Source of the DNA: Gracilinanus agilis | Lineage: Eukaryota | Direction: 5' to 3' | DNA length: 64,000 bases | NCBI RefSeq assembly: GCF_016433145.1 | Contig: NC_058133.1 | Coordinates: 461,318,368 to 461,382,367 of the forward strand | Shown here: positions 45,001 through 57,522 of the stretch, piece after piece | Numbering within the stretch: the stretch's first letter is position 1 | Layout: each line of letters opens with the position of its first letter | Notes under the pieces: generated by a model | Databases searched by the model: none | What the model was told of the DNA's origin: nothing | The model's input: only the letters and a program-made list of their open reading frames with translations | Program-made: the position numbers and the translations under genes

Positions 45001-48000
45001 CTAGTATGAAATTAGACAGCCAGTCCGATGATCCTCTATACTTGGGAAGATGGTCCCCCTGCTCCAAGGGAAGCTTCTTGCTTCCTTCTTACATTTTTTT
45101 GCCAGATTGTCTTGTGTCTGTGGGCTGGCCAGGACTTGTATCCAAAGATAACAATGGTGGCATGGAGAAGTACAGTACAGACAGGGTAGATGACCCCACA
45201 AGTAGCTGGGCACCTACCTACAGCTGTCCCAGTGTAACGGCTTTCTAACTACCTCCCCTACTTTGTCCCTAAGGACTATGCCATGAACTACTGGAAGAAC
45301 CATGGGGCTCCTGCTGAGAAGCTGATGGTTGGGTTTGGTGCCTATGCCCGGACCTTCACCCTCACCAACCCCTCCAACCACGGCCTGGATGCTCCCACCT
45401 CTGGCCCTGGTGCGGCCGGACCCTACACTCAGGAAGCTGGAACTCTCGCCTACTTTGAGGTGAGGTCCACAGCGGGCTCAGTGGACTCACAGGGATCTCT
45501 ATAACATCTGTTCAGCTGGGAAAACACAGTCGAGAGGCTCTATTCTGCCTCCTAGAGAACTAAGTTGCTGTTTTGGGTGGAGATGGATTCATGGGCATGG
45601 AGAAGGGTCAGGATAAGAATGTTCAATTTAGTTCTAAAATTTTATTCAACGTTTAAGTTTATTAGCTATGAAAAATGTGTGTATAAGACATTGAAAAGAA
45701 TGTAAAGACAAAAAAGGCTGAAAGTGTCCCTACAACATTCAAAAGTAGGGACTCTTGACAGATATTATAATCCCTGGTGTTTTTTAAACACTTAACTTTT
45801 GTCTTAGAATCAATAATGCATATTGGTTCTAAAGCAGAAGAGGGGTAAGGGCTATCCAATGGGGGCTAAGTGACTTGCCCAGAGTCACACAGCTAGAAAA
45901 TGTGTGAGGCCAGATTTGAATCCAGGTCCTCCTGATTCTAGACCTAATGTTTATCTACCGTGTCACCTAACTGCCCCAGTACCTTCAATTTAATTTTCCC
46001 AAGCATTATCATATCTATGCTCCCATGTAAGTGAATTCACTATCCTTCCATGTTTGTGAGGCACATTATATTATTTATGTAAAGGAACTGAAGTCTAGTA
46101 AGAAAAAGTGATTTACCTAATGTCACACAGCTCATTAGTGGCATAATCAGGATTAGATCCCAGATCTTCAGGCTTGAGTTTAGTGAACTTTTTGTGAAGC
46201 TATAAGGCATTCAATCTGAAATGAAAGTAAGAGAATTAAGTTGAGACTGAAGTTTGAGTTATCTTTTAGTCCCATTGACACTGGGAAATTAGAGGGCAGT
46301 ATGTTCTCCCAGGAAAGGAAAATGGCAGCCAGGTTTGATGGAGAAATAGATAGGGCAGAAGAATGTTGTAGGGCATGGAATCTGTTGTCCCAGATTGCTA
46401 CAGCTGGAAGGAGATTAAAAGGTTATTTAATCCAGCCCCATCATTTCACAGATGATGAAACCAAAGTCCAGAGAGAAGTGATTTACTCAAGGTTACTACA
46501 ACAGCAGAGCCAAATCTAGAACTCAATTTTCCTGACTCCCAAATTTTCTCATTTCCTATTCTAGGTCTGTGGCTTCCTGAAAGGTGCCACTGAGGTGTGG
46601 AATGCCCCTCAAGAGGTCCCCTATGCCTACAAAGGAAATCAATGGATTGGCTATGACAACCCCAAGAGTTTCACTATCAAGGTGTGTCCTGCTTCTTTAC
46701 CCTATACATTTTGGAGCAAAGGTGGAAGACCCACAGATTTAATACCCACAATAATCACTAGTGGCATTTTACCATCCCTCCATCTGTGCTACATTCTTCT
46801 ATCCCTCTCTCAAATGTTTCAGTTTGTTTTTTCTCTTGCTCTTCTTTCCTTGGTCTTAATGATTCACCGTTATCAGCTAGCTTTACTGGCACGTCCAGGA
46901 CCAAAGAAATTGAGTCCTGAGTGACCTGGGCCTAGTTCAATGGTTTTTTAAAGCCCTTACCTTCTGTCTTGGCTCCAAGGCAGAAGAGTGGTAAGGGTAG
47001 ACAATGGGAGTTAAGTGACTTGCCCAGGGTCACACAGCTGGGAAGTGTCTGAGGCCAGATTTGAACCTAGGACCTCCCATCTCTAGGCCTGGCTCTCAAT
47101 CCACTGAGCTACCCAGCTGCCCCCTTAGTTCAATGATTTTTAAAGAAGCTGTGTATCCCCTTGTGTCTTCTGTTGTCCAAAAGGTCCTCCCTGGCACATT
47201 AGTTCTAAACTGAGTGTTCTTAATCTTGTTTGTTTTTATTGGAATTTGGTGAAGATTCTGGATCCCTTTGCAGAATCATACCTTTAAATGCAGAAAATAA
47301 AGGACTTTGGATGATAAAAGAAATCAATTATATTAAAATAAGGATGCCATTTTCCCCCACTCAAGATCTCACAGATGTCCTAAATTTACACCCAGATCCA
47401 TTGTGGGTCCATGCCCTCCAAATTAAGAACCCTTTTGCTAGAGGAAATATTTCCCTCCTACCCCAAGATAAAAAAAGAAGAGAAAGCTCTCTAGGTTCCC
47501 GGTTATATTTTATCTTCCCATTGATTTGGAGGTGAGCACTGCCTATTAATCTTGTTGTATATTTGCCAAGATCCCCAAAGAGGCAAGTACAACTCCATTT
47601 TCTACTCTTTGGGTTACATGCTTCTCACCCTCACTCTCTACCTTCACCTTGTGGCAGACACTCTAACTTTCTCATAGTATAATCCCACTAGGAATCTCAG
47701 GGCCCATAGGAGTCATTCAGAGAGCATCCTCAATAACAGATCAGAGTTAAATTTCTGCTTTTGGATCCAGGACTATCTCCTTTTCTTCCTTGCAAGACTT
47801 TCTTGCTTTAAAAATCTCCATCTAAAGTTGGAAAATTCTTCATGCATTCTTCTCTTCACTTGCCCTCAATCTCTCTCTCTCTGTGTATTGAACCTGGAGG
47901 TACAGGGAAATATATTCTCTAGCTCACAAAATTATAAACTTAGAGCTAGAGGATACTTTAAAGGGCATTGAGCCAAACTCCTTCATTTTGCAAATGACAA

Positions 48001-49598
48001 AATTAAGCCTGAAATTCAACCATGTTGTTTGTCCAAGATCACTTAACTAATAAGTGTCTGAGTCAAGGTTTGAATTCAGGACTTTCTGATTCCAAACTCA
48101 TATCTATCCATTATAACATTTCACTGGCTTAGTCTCTACTAAGTCTAAGAGAAAGTCTTTCAGCTCCACTCCCTTGTCTCATTTTTCAGTTCACACCTCT
48201 TACTATAGTGACCCTGAAGGCTTTGGCTGTTGGGAAATCTCCACTGACTATACCCTCTACATGTCTCTGGTTCCCCTAACAGGCAGATTGGTTGCTGAAG
48301 AACAATTTTGGAGGAGCCATGGTCTGGGCCATTGACTTGGATGACTTCACTGGCACTTTCTGTGGAGAAGGCAAATACCCACTCATGAATGCCATCAAAT
48401 CTGCCTTGGGTGTCTCCACTCCCAGTAAGTAGTCATCCTAACCTCTTTCTATCATTCAGAAATCTCCAAAGCAAAGGGGTTGTTAATGAGACAAAATATT
48501 GATCTGAAACTCTTCTCACCTTGATTTTATTTTAAAGACTTTATCCCATTTTTATACTTGCCCAAACATATCCATCCTGGAACTGACAATAGAAGACCAA
48601 GGAAGTCTTATAAGATTGAAGCTTGTTGAGTGAATGCCCTTTGTGAATGTCTTCCTCTGGCAGAGAGGGGTAAATGGGCTTCAACAAAATAGGACAAGTA
48701 GATATAGGATCTGAGGTAGAGAAACAAGGAAAAAATCATTCCCCTCACACTTTAATTCCTCCTAATTCAGCCACTGACCACTGGGATTGAGGAGACAAAA
48801 AAAGTAAGAGGGAGAAAAAAAGGAGATAAGACTAGAAAAAAGCAGAGAAGTTTAGAGAAGGGGATATAGTGTGGGCTCTCTAGATCAGTTTGTAGCTTCT
48901 CAGGAAGTAAGGGAATAGAATTAAACTGGTTGAATCAGTTTCCAGGCTAAGTAAGATGACAGTAATAAATGTCAGGAGAGTATCTAGAATGACAGAGCCT
49001 TACTTCTGCTGGACAGCTCCCTGAATGTAAACTAAGTTGCAAAGGACTGTAAGCCTTTGGGAGGGTTTGCTGATTATGCTTGGTCAGGAACCCCCTGGGG
49101 AATGTAGGGGTAATGACTCCATCTGCTCTCTTTAGGAAGCTAGGTGGAACCATAGTGCACAGAGCACTGGTCCTGGATTTAGGAAGACCTGAGTTCAAAT
49201 CCAGTCTTAGACATTTACTAGCTGGGTAACCCTGAGCAAGTGCCTTAAAATGGGGTTAAAAATAGCACCCATCTCACAAGATCATTGTGTGGATCAAATG
49301 AGATAATGTTTGTAAAACATTTGGATTCTTGGTAGATGTTTAATAAATGCTCATTTCCTTAGGTTGCCGAGTGCCAACCTCTACTTTGGGCACCAGTATT
49401 GCTCCCATTGTCACAGCAGCTCCTGGTGGTGGTAGTTCAGGAGGCAGTGGGTTCTGTGCTGGCAAGTCCAATGGTCTTTATGCAAACCCCAAGAGCAAGA
49501 ATGCCTTCTACAACTGTGTGAATGGAGAGACCTACGAAGAGGCTTGCCAGACTGGTCTAGTCTTTGACACAAGCTGCTCGTGTTGTAACTGGTCATAA
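37014..49598 (+). CDS. CHIA: Acidic mammalian chitinase-clade GH18 chitinase (CHIA paralog) with C-terminal CBM14 chitin-binding domain, 469 aa, 11 coding exons
   Basis: Coding exons 37014-37038, 38933-38962, 39059-39260, 39756-39812, 40200-40365, 42717-42841, 43910-44033, 45274-45459, 46565-46681, 48283-48424, 49363-49598 (1410 nt), all GT-AG and in phase. Signal peptide [21 protein letters not shown]; catalytic DGLDIDWE at 40282-40305; the DPCLC Cys plus hinge Cys (TPSC) are typical of CHIA rather than CHIT1; C-terminal [10 protein letters not shown]...[14 protein letters not shown] domain with six Cys. Which CHIA paralog it is cannot be fixed without a tree. Confidence 0.9.
39478..39570 (+). 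repeat. GA-rich / (GGAA)-like repeat in CHIA intron 3
   Basis: Directly visible. Confidence 0.85.
40978..41405 (-). mobile_element. BovB-like RTE LINE 3' fragment in CHIA intron 5
   Basis: GATCTCCTTGCTGTTCAAGGGACTCTCAAAAGTCTTCTCCAGCACCA...GTCCAACTCTCACAGCC..ACATGGCTACTGGAA is characteristic antisense BovB/RTE text. Confidence 0.75.
41690..41898 (-). mobile_element. SINE1_Mdo-like SINE in CHIA intron 5
   Basis: Full-length antisense copy. Confidence 0.8.
41989..42042. repeat. (CA)n microsatellite in CHIA intron 5
   Basis: Uninterrupted CA run. Confidence 0.95.
42079..42270 (+). mobile_element. hAT MITE family A in CHIA intron 5
   Basis: CATTGGTTCCCAAAC...TTTGAAAATCACTG, TSD ATCTAGAT/ATCTAGTG (6/8); body closely matches the 16200 copy. 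Confidence 0.85.
43270..43660 (-). mobile_element. Old L1 3' UTR fragment in CHIA intron 6
   Basis: Same antisense L1 3'-end text as at 14640-15130 and 35170-35480 (CCTCTTCAGCAAAGGGG, GTCATTGTGTATCTTG). Confidence 0.55.
44790..45003. mobile_element. L2 LINE 3'-end fragments (two, opposite orientations)
   Basis: GACATGGTCCCTTGCTCTCAGGAAGC followed by GAGCTCCTCGAGGGCAAGGGAC...TAGCACAGTGCCCGGCATAAAGTAGGCACTT; other L2 pieces near 14100, 18400, 23700, 35760, 36290, 52800, 60560, 61630. Confidence 0.7.
45778..45977 (-). mobile_element. SINE1_Mdo-like SINE in CHIA intron 8
   Basis: Full-length antisense copy. Confidence 0.8.
46945..47124 (-). mobile_element. SINE1_Mdo-like SINE in CHIA intron 9
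   Basis: Young antisense copy ending CTGAGCTACCCAGCTGCCCC. Confidence 0.85.
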
Positions 49599-49618
49599 GC
49601 TTTCATGAGGAAATGATC

Positions 49619-49624
49619 ATTAAA
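49619..49624 (+). terminator. Candidate CHIA polyadenylation signal ATTAAA
   Basis: ATTAAA 20 nt after the stop; a canonical AATAAA also lies at 50476-50481. Which is used cannot be determined. Confidence 0.3.
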
Positions 49625-52612
49625 GATATACTTTGCAACTGATTCCCAAGTTGTCTGTTTGCTGAATTAGGTGTCTGGGCATTAGTGACCTGCAACGTTG
49701 AGGAATAGCAGTGGACACTATAATAACTTCCATAAGACAAAATAGGGTTCTGTCTGACATTTTGGAGGGGGAAATTAGAGAGAGATGAAGACTTTCTTTC
49801 CATGGTAATCACTATCCCCCATCCCTCACCTTCTGTCTTTTTCTCTGGGCTATCATATATTTCCTTCTAACCTTTATAGAGGTGAGGGCCAAATTTCCCT
49901 CTCTCAGCCCAAATACATCATCCTTGTAAAGTTCTCTGTGTAAGTGCCCAACCAAGCACCTGGTGGGTCCAACCCACATACCAAATTATTTTTATCCTGG
50001 ATGATAAAATTCCTAGCTAAGGGGTTAAGACTTCTCCTCTGCCACCCCATGGCAATTTGTCACCCTTGGCAGAAGGGGGTGGATGAGAACTTATCCTTTG
50101 CCCCTTTTCCAAGACAGTTGCAATGGCTTGCTACTCTGAAGGCTCTGCCCAGTGGCCAAAGAATTTTACTCCACCTGGTTGAAAGAGGTAGTCTCCTCTT
50201 CCCACAATGGAATAGGAGAAGGATGAATGGTCCATCCACGAGAGGTCCTCCAAATTGGTGTGGTTATAGAAGAAAAGGAGGAAACCAAAGCACTATGAAG
50301 GAATATCTACTCTCTTAGCACCATTTGTTAGGTTAGTATGTATAGGAAAGGTATATATACTTAAAACAGCAATAATCATTGGGGCACAGAAGTGGGACTA
50401 AAGTAGTTTTTCATAATTTATTTAAAGGAGAGTCTAAAATTTTTTGACATTGCAGGTACACCCATATTTGAAGCAAATAAAAATATCTAAGAAGCACAAA
50501 AGTGATCAATTAGGGGGCAATATTTCTTTTTACAAAAGGTTTTACCATGGAAGGTACTATAACAGGTATTCTCCTTGTACTTTGAGAATGATTCAATTAA
50601 AGAAAAATTAATTCTAGGACTGCTCTTATTAATCACTTGCTACAAATCAATCACTTAACTTCTTTTGGTCTTGGTTTTCTCATCTGTAAGATGAGGGACT
50701 TGATATTTTATTCCCTTCTAGTTTTAATACTCTGATCCTGATTTTCTAGGGACACATTTACTGAATGGGATAAGGAATACATTTGAATCAAACTTTAACA
50801 TATATAATCCATTTTCATTTATCTGCTTTATGGGGCATCATAGCTTTAGAGTTGGAAGGAGGTTCAGAAGCCATTTAGTCCAATCCATTCATTTTTAAAA
50901 TGGAGAAACTGAGGAACAGGGAGATTACATAACTTGCCCAAGATCAGAAAGTAGGAGTCAGATTTGACTCTAGAACTTCTATTCCTTCTACTATTCCTGG
51001 ACCTGAAGTCAAGAGGATTTATATTTCTAGGCTCAAATCTGGTCTCAGCTTGTGACCCTGGGCAAATGACTTAACCCTGTTTTCCTCCATAAGTAAAATA
51101 AGTTAGAGAATGAAATGTCAAATACTTCAGTATCTTTAACAAGTAAATCCCAAAAGGGTCACAAAGAGTTTGACACCACTGGACAAATGATTGTTCTCCC
51201 ATGGAGTTTTAATCCTATAGAGCAAGCATTTATTAATCACTTGCTATGCTCCAGACACTGAGGCAAAATCAAACTAATCCTTGCCCACAAAGAGCTTACA
51301 TTCTACTGGAGAAGATTTGCACAGAGAAGTGAATACAAAATAACATGCAAAATATAAACCCATATTCTAGGGCTCTCTCCAGACTCTGGGTTTACATGAA
51401 TTGGTTCTTATCCTGGAACTGACCCAGATGGATCATCTTCCCTTTGGCTAATTAACTTGGAGCCTGTAATTTACTCTGGGAAAATATAGGAATATATTTC
51501 ATGTCTAAGTTTCAACAGATATGGGTTTTAAAAAAAAAGAGTCCTCAGTTCTTATAGAAACATCCAAGATAACAAATGCATACCAGTAGAAGGAAGTATT
51601 TATTTCACACCACAGAAAATATAAAAGGTGCAAGGAACTTATAGGAACCCATTATCATCGTTATCAATAACAACAACAACAATAAACAAATAAACAACAA
51701 TAGCAAAACATGTAAAGTAGTCACAGTGGTTCCTCTTGGAAAGAACTGATCTTGACTTTCCCTTATGGCAACATTCTGATCTATATAATACCTCCAGTAA
51801 TTTAAGTCCCCCCTCCCAGAATAGAAGCATATTTGAGAGCTATTGGATAGTTGACTATCTTCCTATCAGACCTGGAATATTCAAGTAAGTCACTATGATA
51901 ATGGTGGGACTTTCTTCCAATAAGTACACTGGAAAGTAAATCCCCCTTTCTCCTTAATAATAGCTAGCATTTATATATTTTAAAATCTGCAAAGCACTTT
52001 ATAAACATTATTTTATTTTATTTTCATAGCACCTCTGGGAGGTAGGTGTTATTATCATCTTCACTTTACTGATGAAGAAACTAAGGCAGATAGAGATTAA
52101 GTGACTTGCCCATGTTCACACAGCTAATGGGTNNNNNNNNNNNNNNNNNNNNNNNNNNNNNNNNNNNNNNNNNNNNNNNNNNNNNNNNNNNNNNNNNNNN
52201 NNNNNNNNNNNNNNNNNNNNNNNNNNNNNNNNNNNNNNNNNNNNNNNNNNNNNNNNNNNNNNNNNNNNNNNNNNNNNNNNNNNNNNNNNNNNNNNNNNNN
52301 NNNNNNNNNNNNNNNNNNNNNNNNNNNNNNNNNNNNNNNNNNNNNNNNNNNNNNNNNNNNNNNNNNNNNNNNNNNNNNNNNNNNNNNNNNNNNNNNNNNN
52401 NNNNNNNNNNNNNNNNNNNNNNNNNNNNNNNNNNNNNNNNNNNNNNNNNNNNNNNNNNNNNNNNNNNNNNNNNNNNNNNNNNNNNNNNNNNNNNNNNNNN
52501 NNNNNNNNNNNNNNNNNNNNNNNNNNNNNNNNNNNNNNNNNNNNNNNNNNNNNNNNNNNNNNNNNNNNNNNNNNNNNNNNNNNNNNNNNNNNNNNNNNNN
52601 NNNNNNNNNNNN

Positions 52613-52742
52613 TCCTTTCTTCTCCTTTCCTTTCCTCTCCTTCCTCTCTTCTCATTTCCTCTCTCCTCTCCTCTCCTTTCCTCTCTTCTCTTCTCCTCTC
52701 CTCTGTTCTCCTCTGCTCTCCTCTCTTTCCTCTCTTCTTCTT
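52613..52742 (+). repeat. CT-rich polypyrimidine repeat next to a gap
   Basis: TCTCC-like iterations. Confidence 0.85.
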
Positions 52743-54499
52743 TCTGTTATGATTTCATCAGCTTCCTATGGGTTAATTTATTGCCTCTAAGCAAATGACT
52801 CCATGACTTCTTCAGGGTTTTAATTTTTCTCCTGATCACCATCTCCATATCACAAATTTTGGAGATGTCCATTGGCATTTCAAGTTCACTATGTCCTAAA
52901 GAGAACTCATTACCTACCATCAGCTACCATTATTTCAGTTACTCCATGTATTGCAACCAAGAGATCACACTTGACTTTCTTCTCTTCCCCATTCTCAATA
53001 TGCAATTGACTGCCAGGTCTCATCAAGGCTACTTCTACAATGTCTCTGATCTATTCTGTTTTCTATTTCCATTTTTTGTAAGTGAATTAATCCTATTTGC
53101 ATTCAAAATTATAGATCCTAGTTGTAATAATAAGGTGTATAAAAGATGTCTTAAGGAGGATACTATGGCAGAATACTTTGCTTGATGATCACAAACTATC
53201 TCTCAGCTCTCCCCCTTGAAGGCAAGCCAGAAGTGACTTCCTTTCACTAGGCCAGTACACAACTACTTGGAGACTGAATACATCTATAAAAATCTATTTA
53301 TTTGTATTTAAAGAATATGAATATAAAGATTAGAAACAAGGAAAACCTTGACACTAAAGGGAAACTAAGTATCCACCCACTTTTCTATGTTTGCCTCACG
53401 GCAAAGTCTTCTATTTCTTGAAGCTACTCTGAACTGCTTATTACTTACTAAAACCCCATAAAAATGCTATCTGACTAAATCTAATCTATAATCATTATAT
53501 ATGAGTATAAATTATTTTTTAGTAAAAAGTGTCTTCAAGTAAACAGAGTCAATTAGCCCAATGTCTCAGAGGCTAACTCCCAGTGTGTAGCTCTGAGATG
53601 TCTCAGAGTGGTCTTTCTCCTCTCACAAACAGTTCTCCAACACAGCAGATCTGACAGCTTCTTCTCCTCGATGTAATTCCACAGTAAGGAAAGTGAAAAC
53701 CCTTCCAGATGATCCAAGGGTATTCTCTCTTTCCTTTCAGCAGCAGAGATAGATCCAGAGAATCAGATCTTAGTTGGTCTGTCTTCCCTGAAGCCAGAGA
53801 CCAACTGCTCAGAACTCTGCCTTCCTCTTCTCTTCAATGTTTCAAGCTCATACCCAGAACTCTCTCTTGCCTGCAGTCTCATAGACACCTTTCTAAAATT
53901 CCTTATGTTATCAATATATTACTTATTTCCCAATTTCCTTACTACATAGGTGAGTATTTACATCCATTCTATTTCTCTATAATCACTCTAGAACCTCTTG
54001 CCTTCTTTCCATTCACATGGTCACTGATCTAGTTCATTCCTCTGGACTCATTATTTCTATCAGTTAAACCTCTTATATTACAGATGAAGAAACCAAAACC
54101 TAGAGGTTAAATGATTCAACCAGGTCACTCATTGGAATGTTGAAATTTGATCCCAGGTGTTCTGATTTCCATCACTCCACAGATGTTATCTAGTAATACA
54201 TTCAAAGGCCAAATATAAATTATTTTTTGTATAATCTGTCATTTGAATTGTCCAAATCAAGGCTAACCTTTTATTTAGTCAGATAAGAGGAGAGCTCCTG
54301 AGAATGGACTTTCCTTACCCCAAAAGAATAGTAGCCAGGGAAATTATAGCATTCCTTCAGAAACACATGGTAGAAGCAGACAAGAGAGAAGGGTTCATAG
54401 AGGACATTCCTTAACCCTATCTTCTTATATAAAATAGAGAGGGCTTTTATTTCCTGAGCAGCATTGAACCTAAAATCTAGCATTCTACCTAAAGCAAGG

Positions 54500-55600
54500 A
54501 GATTTCTTGTATAAACCTCACCCTAGAGGTTGTCTTGTTGGGTAATGTTATAAAAAAATGATGTCCTGCTAGGGGAATATGGATCTAGGTGAGGTGGATC
54601 TGTATCTCTGTGTTCTCCCTAGGTGTTGGTGATAGGGGAACACCAACCCCAATCACCTTTGCTAGATGTTATAATTTCCCCTTCTAAATAACAGTGCCCA
54701 GGAAGGACCCTGAATGGTCAGGTGGATGGGTAATCCTTTCAGGTCCCACCTGGGGTTGGATCAATTATTAATATTGGGCTATGATTAACCTTGGATCACG
54801 TTCATCTGACTGCATTTGCTCCTTCCCCAAGGGTCGTGATATAATGACCACTCAGGAAGGTACTTATTAAATACTTCATCTATGATCTTAATTAGGGAAA
54901 GGATAATTAGGATACAGATTGGGGATTGGAGACCCTGTCAATCTAATATCTATAATCTATAACCACTGAGGACTGGAGGCTATTGATTCAGTAAAGCTGG
55001 AGCTATTGTTCTTCACAACCCCTCTGGTTCAGCTTGGCCACTGCCAAACCAGAAAGAGTAGTCTGCTCTTGCTGCAGCTGTGATGGTGATTTCCTCTCAG
55101 CTTTCTTATTATCAGTTTGTGATGTGTTAGCCTTGACAGCCTTCAGGAAGTATTCAACTCCTAACCACCCTCTTCTTCTCAGACCTCCCTTCCTCCTGTC
55201 ACCACCCAGGGACCCAGAGACCTAAAAAGCTATGATGATTCAGACCTAAAGATCTAGGGAGATTCAGAGAGAGAACCAATGAATAACAGTCAAAGACCCA
55301 AAGATCAATGGTCAAAGACCCCTCCCAGATGGCTGTTAGAGGTATTTATACTCTCAGGCCAACCAACTTTTGCCCCTGGCTCACAGCATCTGGGAACATT
55401 CCGATGTCTCCAACTGTCTCCCCTGTCAATCAAGGTGAGACCAACATTTCCCAAGGTTTGAATATAACAGTAACCAACCCAAGTTCCTTCAACCAGGTGG
55501 AGCAAACCCTTGGGCTACTAGGCAGAATTGTCAGAGGCTCAGTCCATCACTATTACTTTAGAAAAGAGACAAAATATATATAGTCTCTGATCTAACTTCT
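54500..55600 (-). mobile_element. Possible LTR-derived sequence
   Basis: Minus-strand TATAAATA at 55343-55350 and LTR-like texture; no second copy or TSD seen, and boundaries are guesses. Confidence 0.25.
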
Positions 55601-57319
55601 GCTACTCAGAGTACTGCATGGGTGACTAAGTGCTATGAAAAAGCCTTAGCCCTCTAGAGGCATAAATAGGGATCAAATTCTCTCTAAAGAAGCAGCTAAG
55701 TGGCTTAGTGGGTAGAGAATTAGACCTGGAGTTAGGNNNNNNNNNNNNNNNNNNNNNNNNNNNNNNNNNNNNNNNNNNNNNNNNNNNNNNNNNNNNNNNN
55801 NNNNNNNNNNNNNNNNNNNNNNNNNNNNNNNNNNNNNNNNNNNNNNNNNNNNNNNNNNNNNNNNNNNNNNNNNNNNNNNNNNNNNNNNNNNNNNNNNNNN
55901 NNNNNNNNNNNNNNNNNNNNNNNNNNNNNNNNNNNNCCTTATTATCCACTTGGCCCAGTAAAAATGACAGAAGCAAATACCATGCCATAATACAGGGAAT
56001 TTCTCCAAACAGTGATCTCAAGGAACTTTTACAGCCTTGATGTCTTTCCCACTGTGATGTACCATATTTTCTTTGATTTTCGTTTTCACCTCAAGTCGCT
56101 ATCCCACAATAGTTGTTTCATCTATTGTTTATTTTCTATCCTTTTGGTCATCCTATAATTTTTCTGAGAAAAGGTTGCCTAGGATTCAACCAGAATGAGA
56201 GTGGGCACCATGTTGGCCATAGAGACATATGGACATAGTCAATGATTTGTGGTTGAGGGATTCCCTGGTCAGGCTCTGTGGTTATCCTGTGTTTGGTGAA
56301 ATTCCCCTTTCATTCTCTTGACTGACACCAGATAACCCTACAAAGGCAGAAGTGTCCTGGAAGACTTATTGCTCATAGCAATTCTTTCCACAAAATATTG
56401 TGTCAAGATACATAATGCTGTCCCTTTTATAATATTCACTGCTTGCCACCACTCTGCCATTTGATGGGTATGTGTACATATACCTTTTAAATCATTTCTC
56501 CTTTAGGATTTTAAAATGGGGACTGAGGAGGAAAATATGCCCCATATTGATATGGAGAGGCCCATTGGTCCATTCCTTAGCATCAGTAGTAGACAGAACA
56601 TTGAACTTAAGAGTTAGATGGCTGGAACTCAAATCATCTCTGTCTTTCAATGGCTATAGAGTTTTGAGCAAGTTGCTAAACTCTTTGAGCCTCAGTTTTC
56701 TCATATCCAAAATGGGAATATTAATACCTGACACATTGGGTAAAATGTTAATATCTGCCTCACATATCACATCATTATATAATAGTGATCAAATGAGAAA
56801 ATATTTGTGAAATCCCTCCATAAGCTATAAAGGACTATCAAAATGTCTGATTCAATTCAATTCCACAAGCATTAAGTAACTGTATGTACAAGTAAATATG
56901 CTAGTTATGGGATACAAAGACAAAAACAAAATAACACATCATAGACATACATAATATATGTGCATATTTGCATGTACATATGTGCATGTTCAGATGTGCA
57001 TATATGTACACATGTGTGTCTATATAGTGTTGTTATATATAATATACACAAAGATATAGATATGTAGAGACATAGATACGTGCACACAACATATGCTATA
57101 TCTATTTATCTATACTTATACACTTATAAATACACAACAAATATATTTATTTGGCATTTGGGTCAAGATATATTTATTTTATTCTTCTTCCTTCCTGTAT
57201 CATAATTGTTTATGACCTTAAATCTTTAGTACCTTAGATTCTTTTTTGTCCCTAAAATATATCCTTTTTGTCTTTTCTCTTTTTCCTAAATCCAATTTCT
57301 CTTTTTAAAAAGCAATAGT

Positions 57320-57522
57320 TTAGGGTATGGGTAGGTGAATCAGTGAATTGAGAGCTAGGCCTAGAGATGGGAGGTCCTGGGTTCAATTCTAGCCTCAGAC
57401 ACTTCCTAGATGTATGACCCTGGGCAAGTCATTAACTCCCATTGCCTAGCCCTTAACACTCTTCTTCCTTGGAACCAATATACAGTTTCGATTCTAAGAT
57501 GGAAGGTGAGGGATTAAAAAAA
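57320..57522 (+). mobile_element. SINE1_Mdo-like SINE
   Basis: Sense copy with A tail. Confidence 0.8.

Noticed and set aside
37014-49598. Calling the second gene CHIT1 or OVGP1
   Set aside because: The DPCLC and hinge Cys pair, the [10 protein letters not shown]...FDTSC-CCNW tail and linkage to CHI3L2 fit the CHIA clade; OVGP1 lacks the catalytic Glu and CBM14 and has a mucin tail.
56325-56365. Short resemblance (CCCTACAAA) to the CHIA TATA-like region
   Set aside because: Match is too short and no exon 1 (ATG plus 25 nt plus GT) follows.
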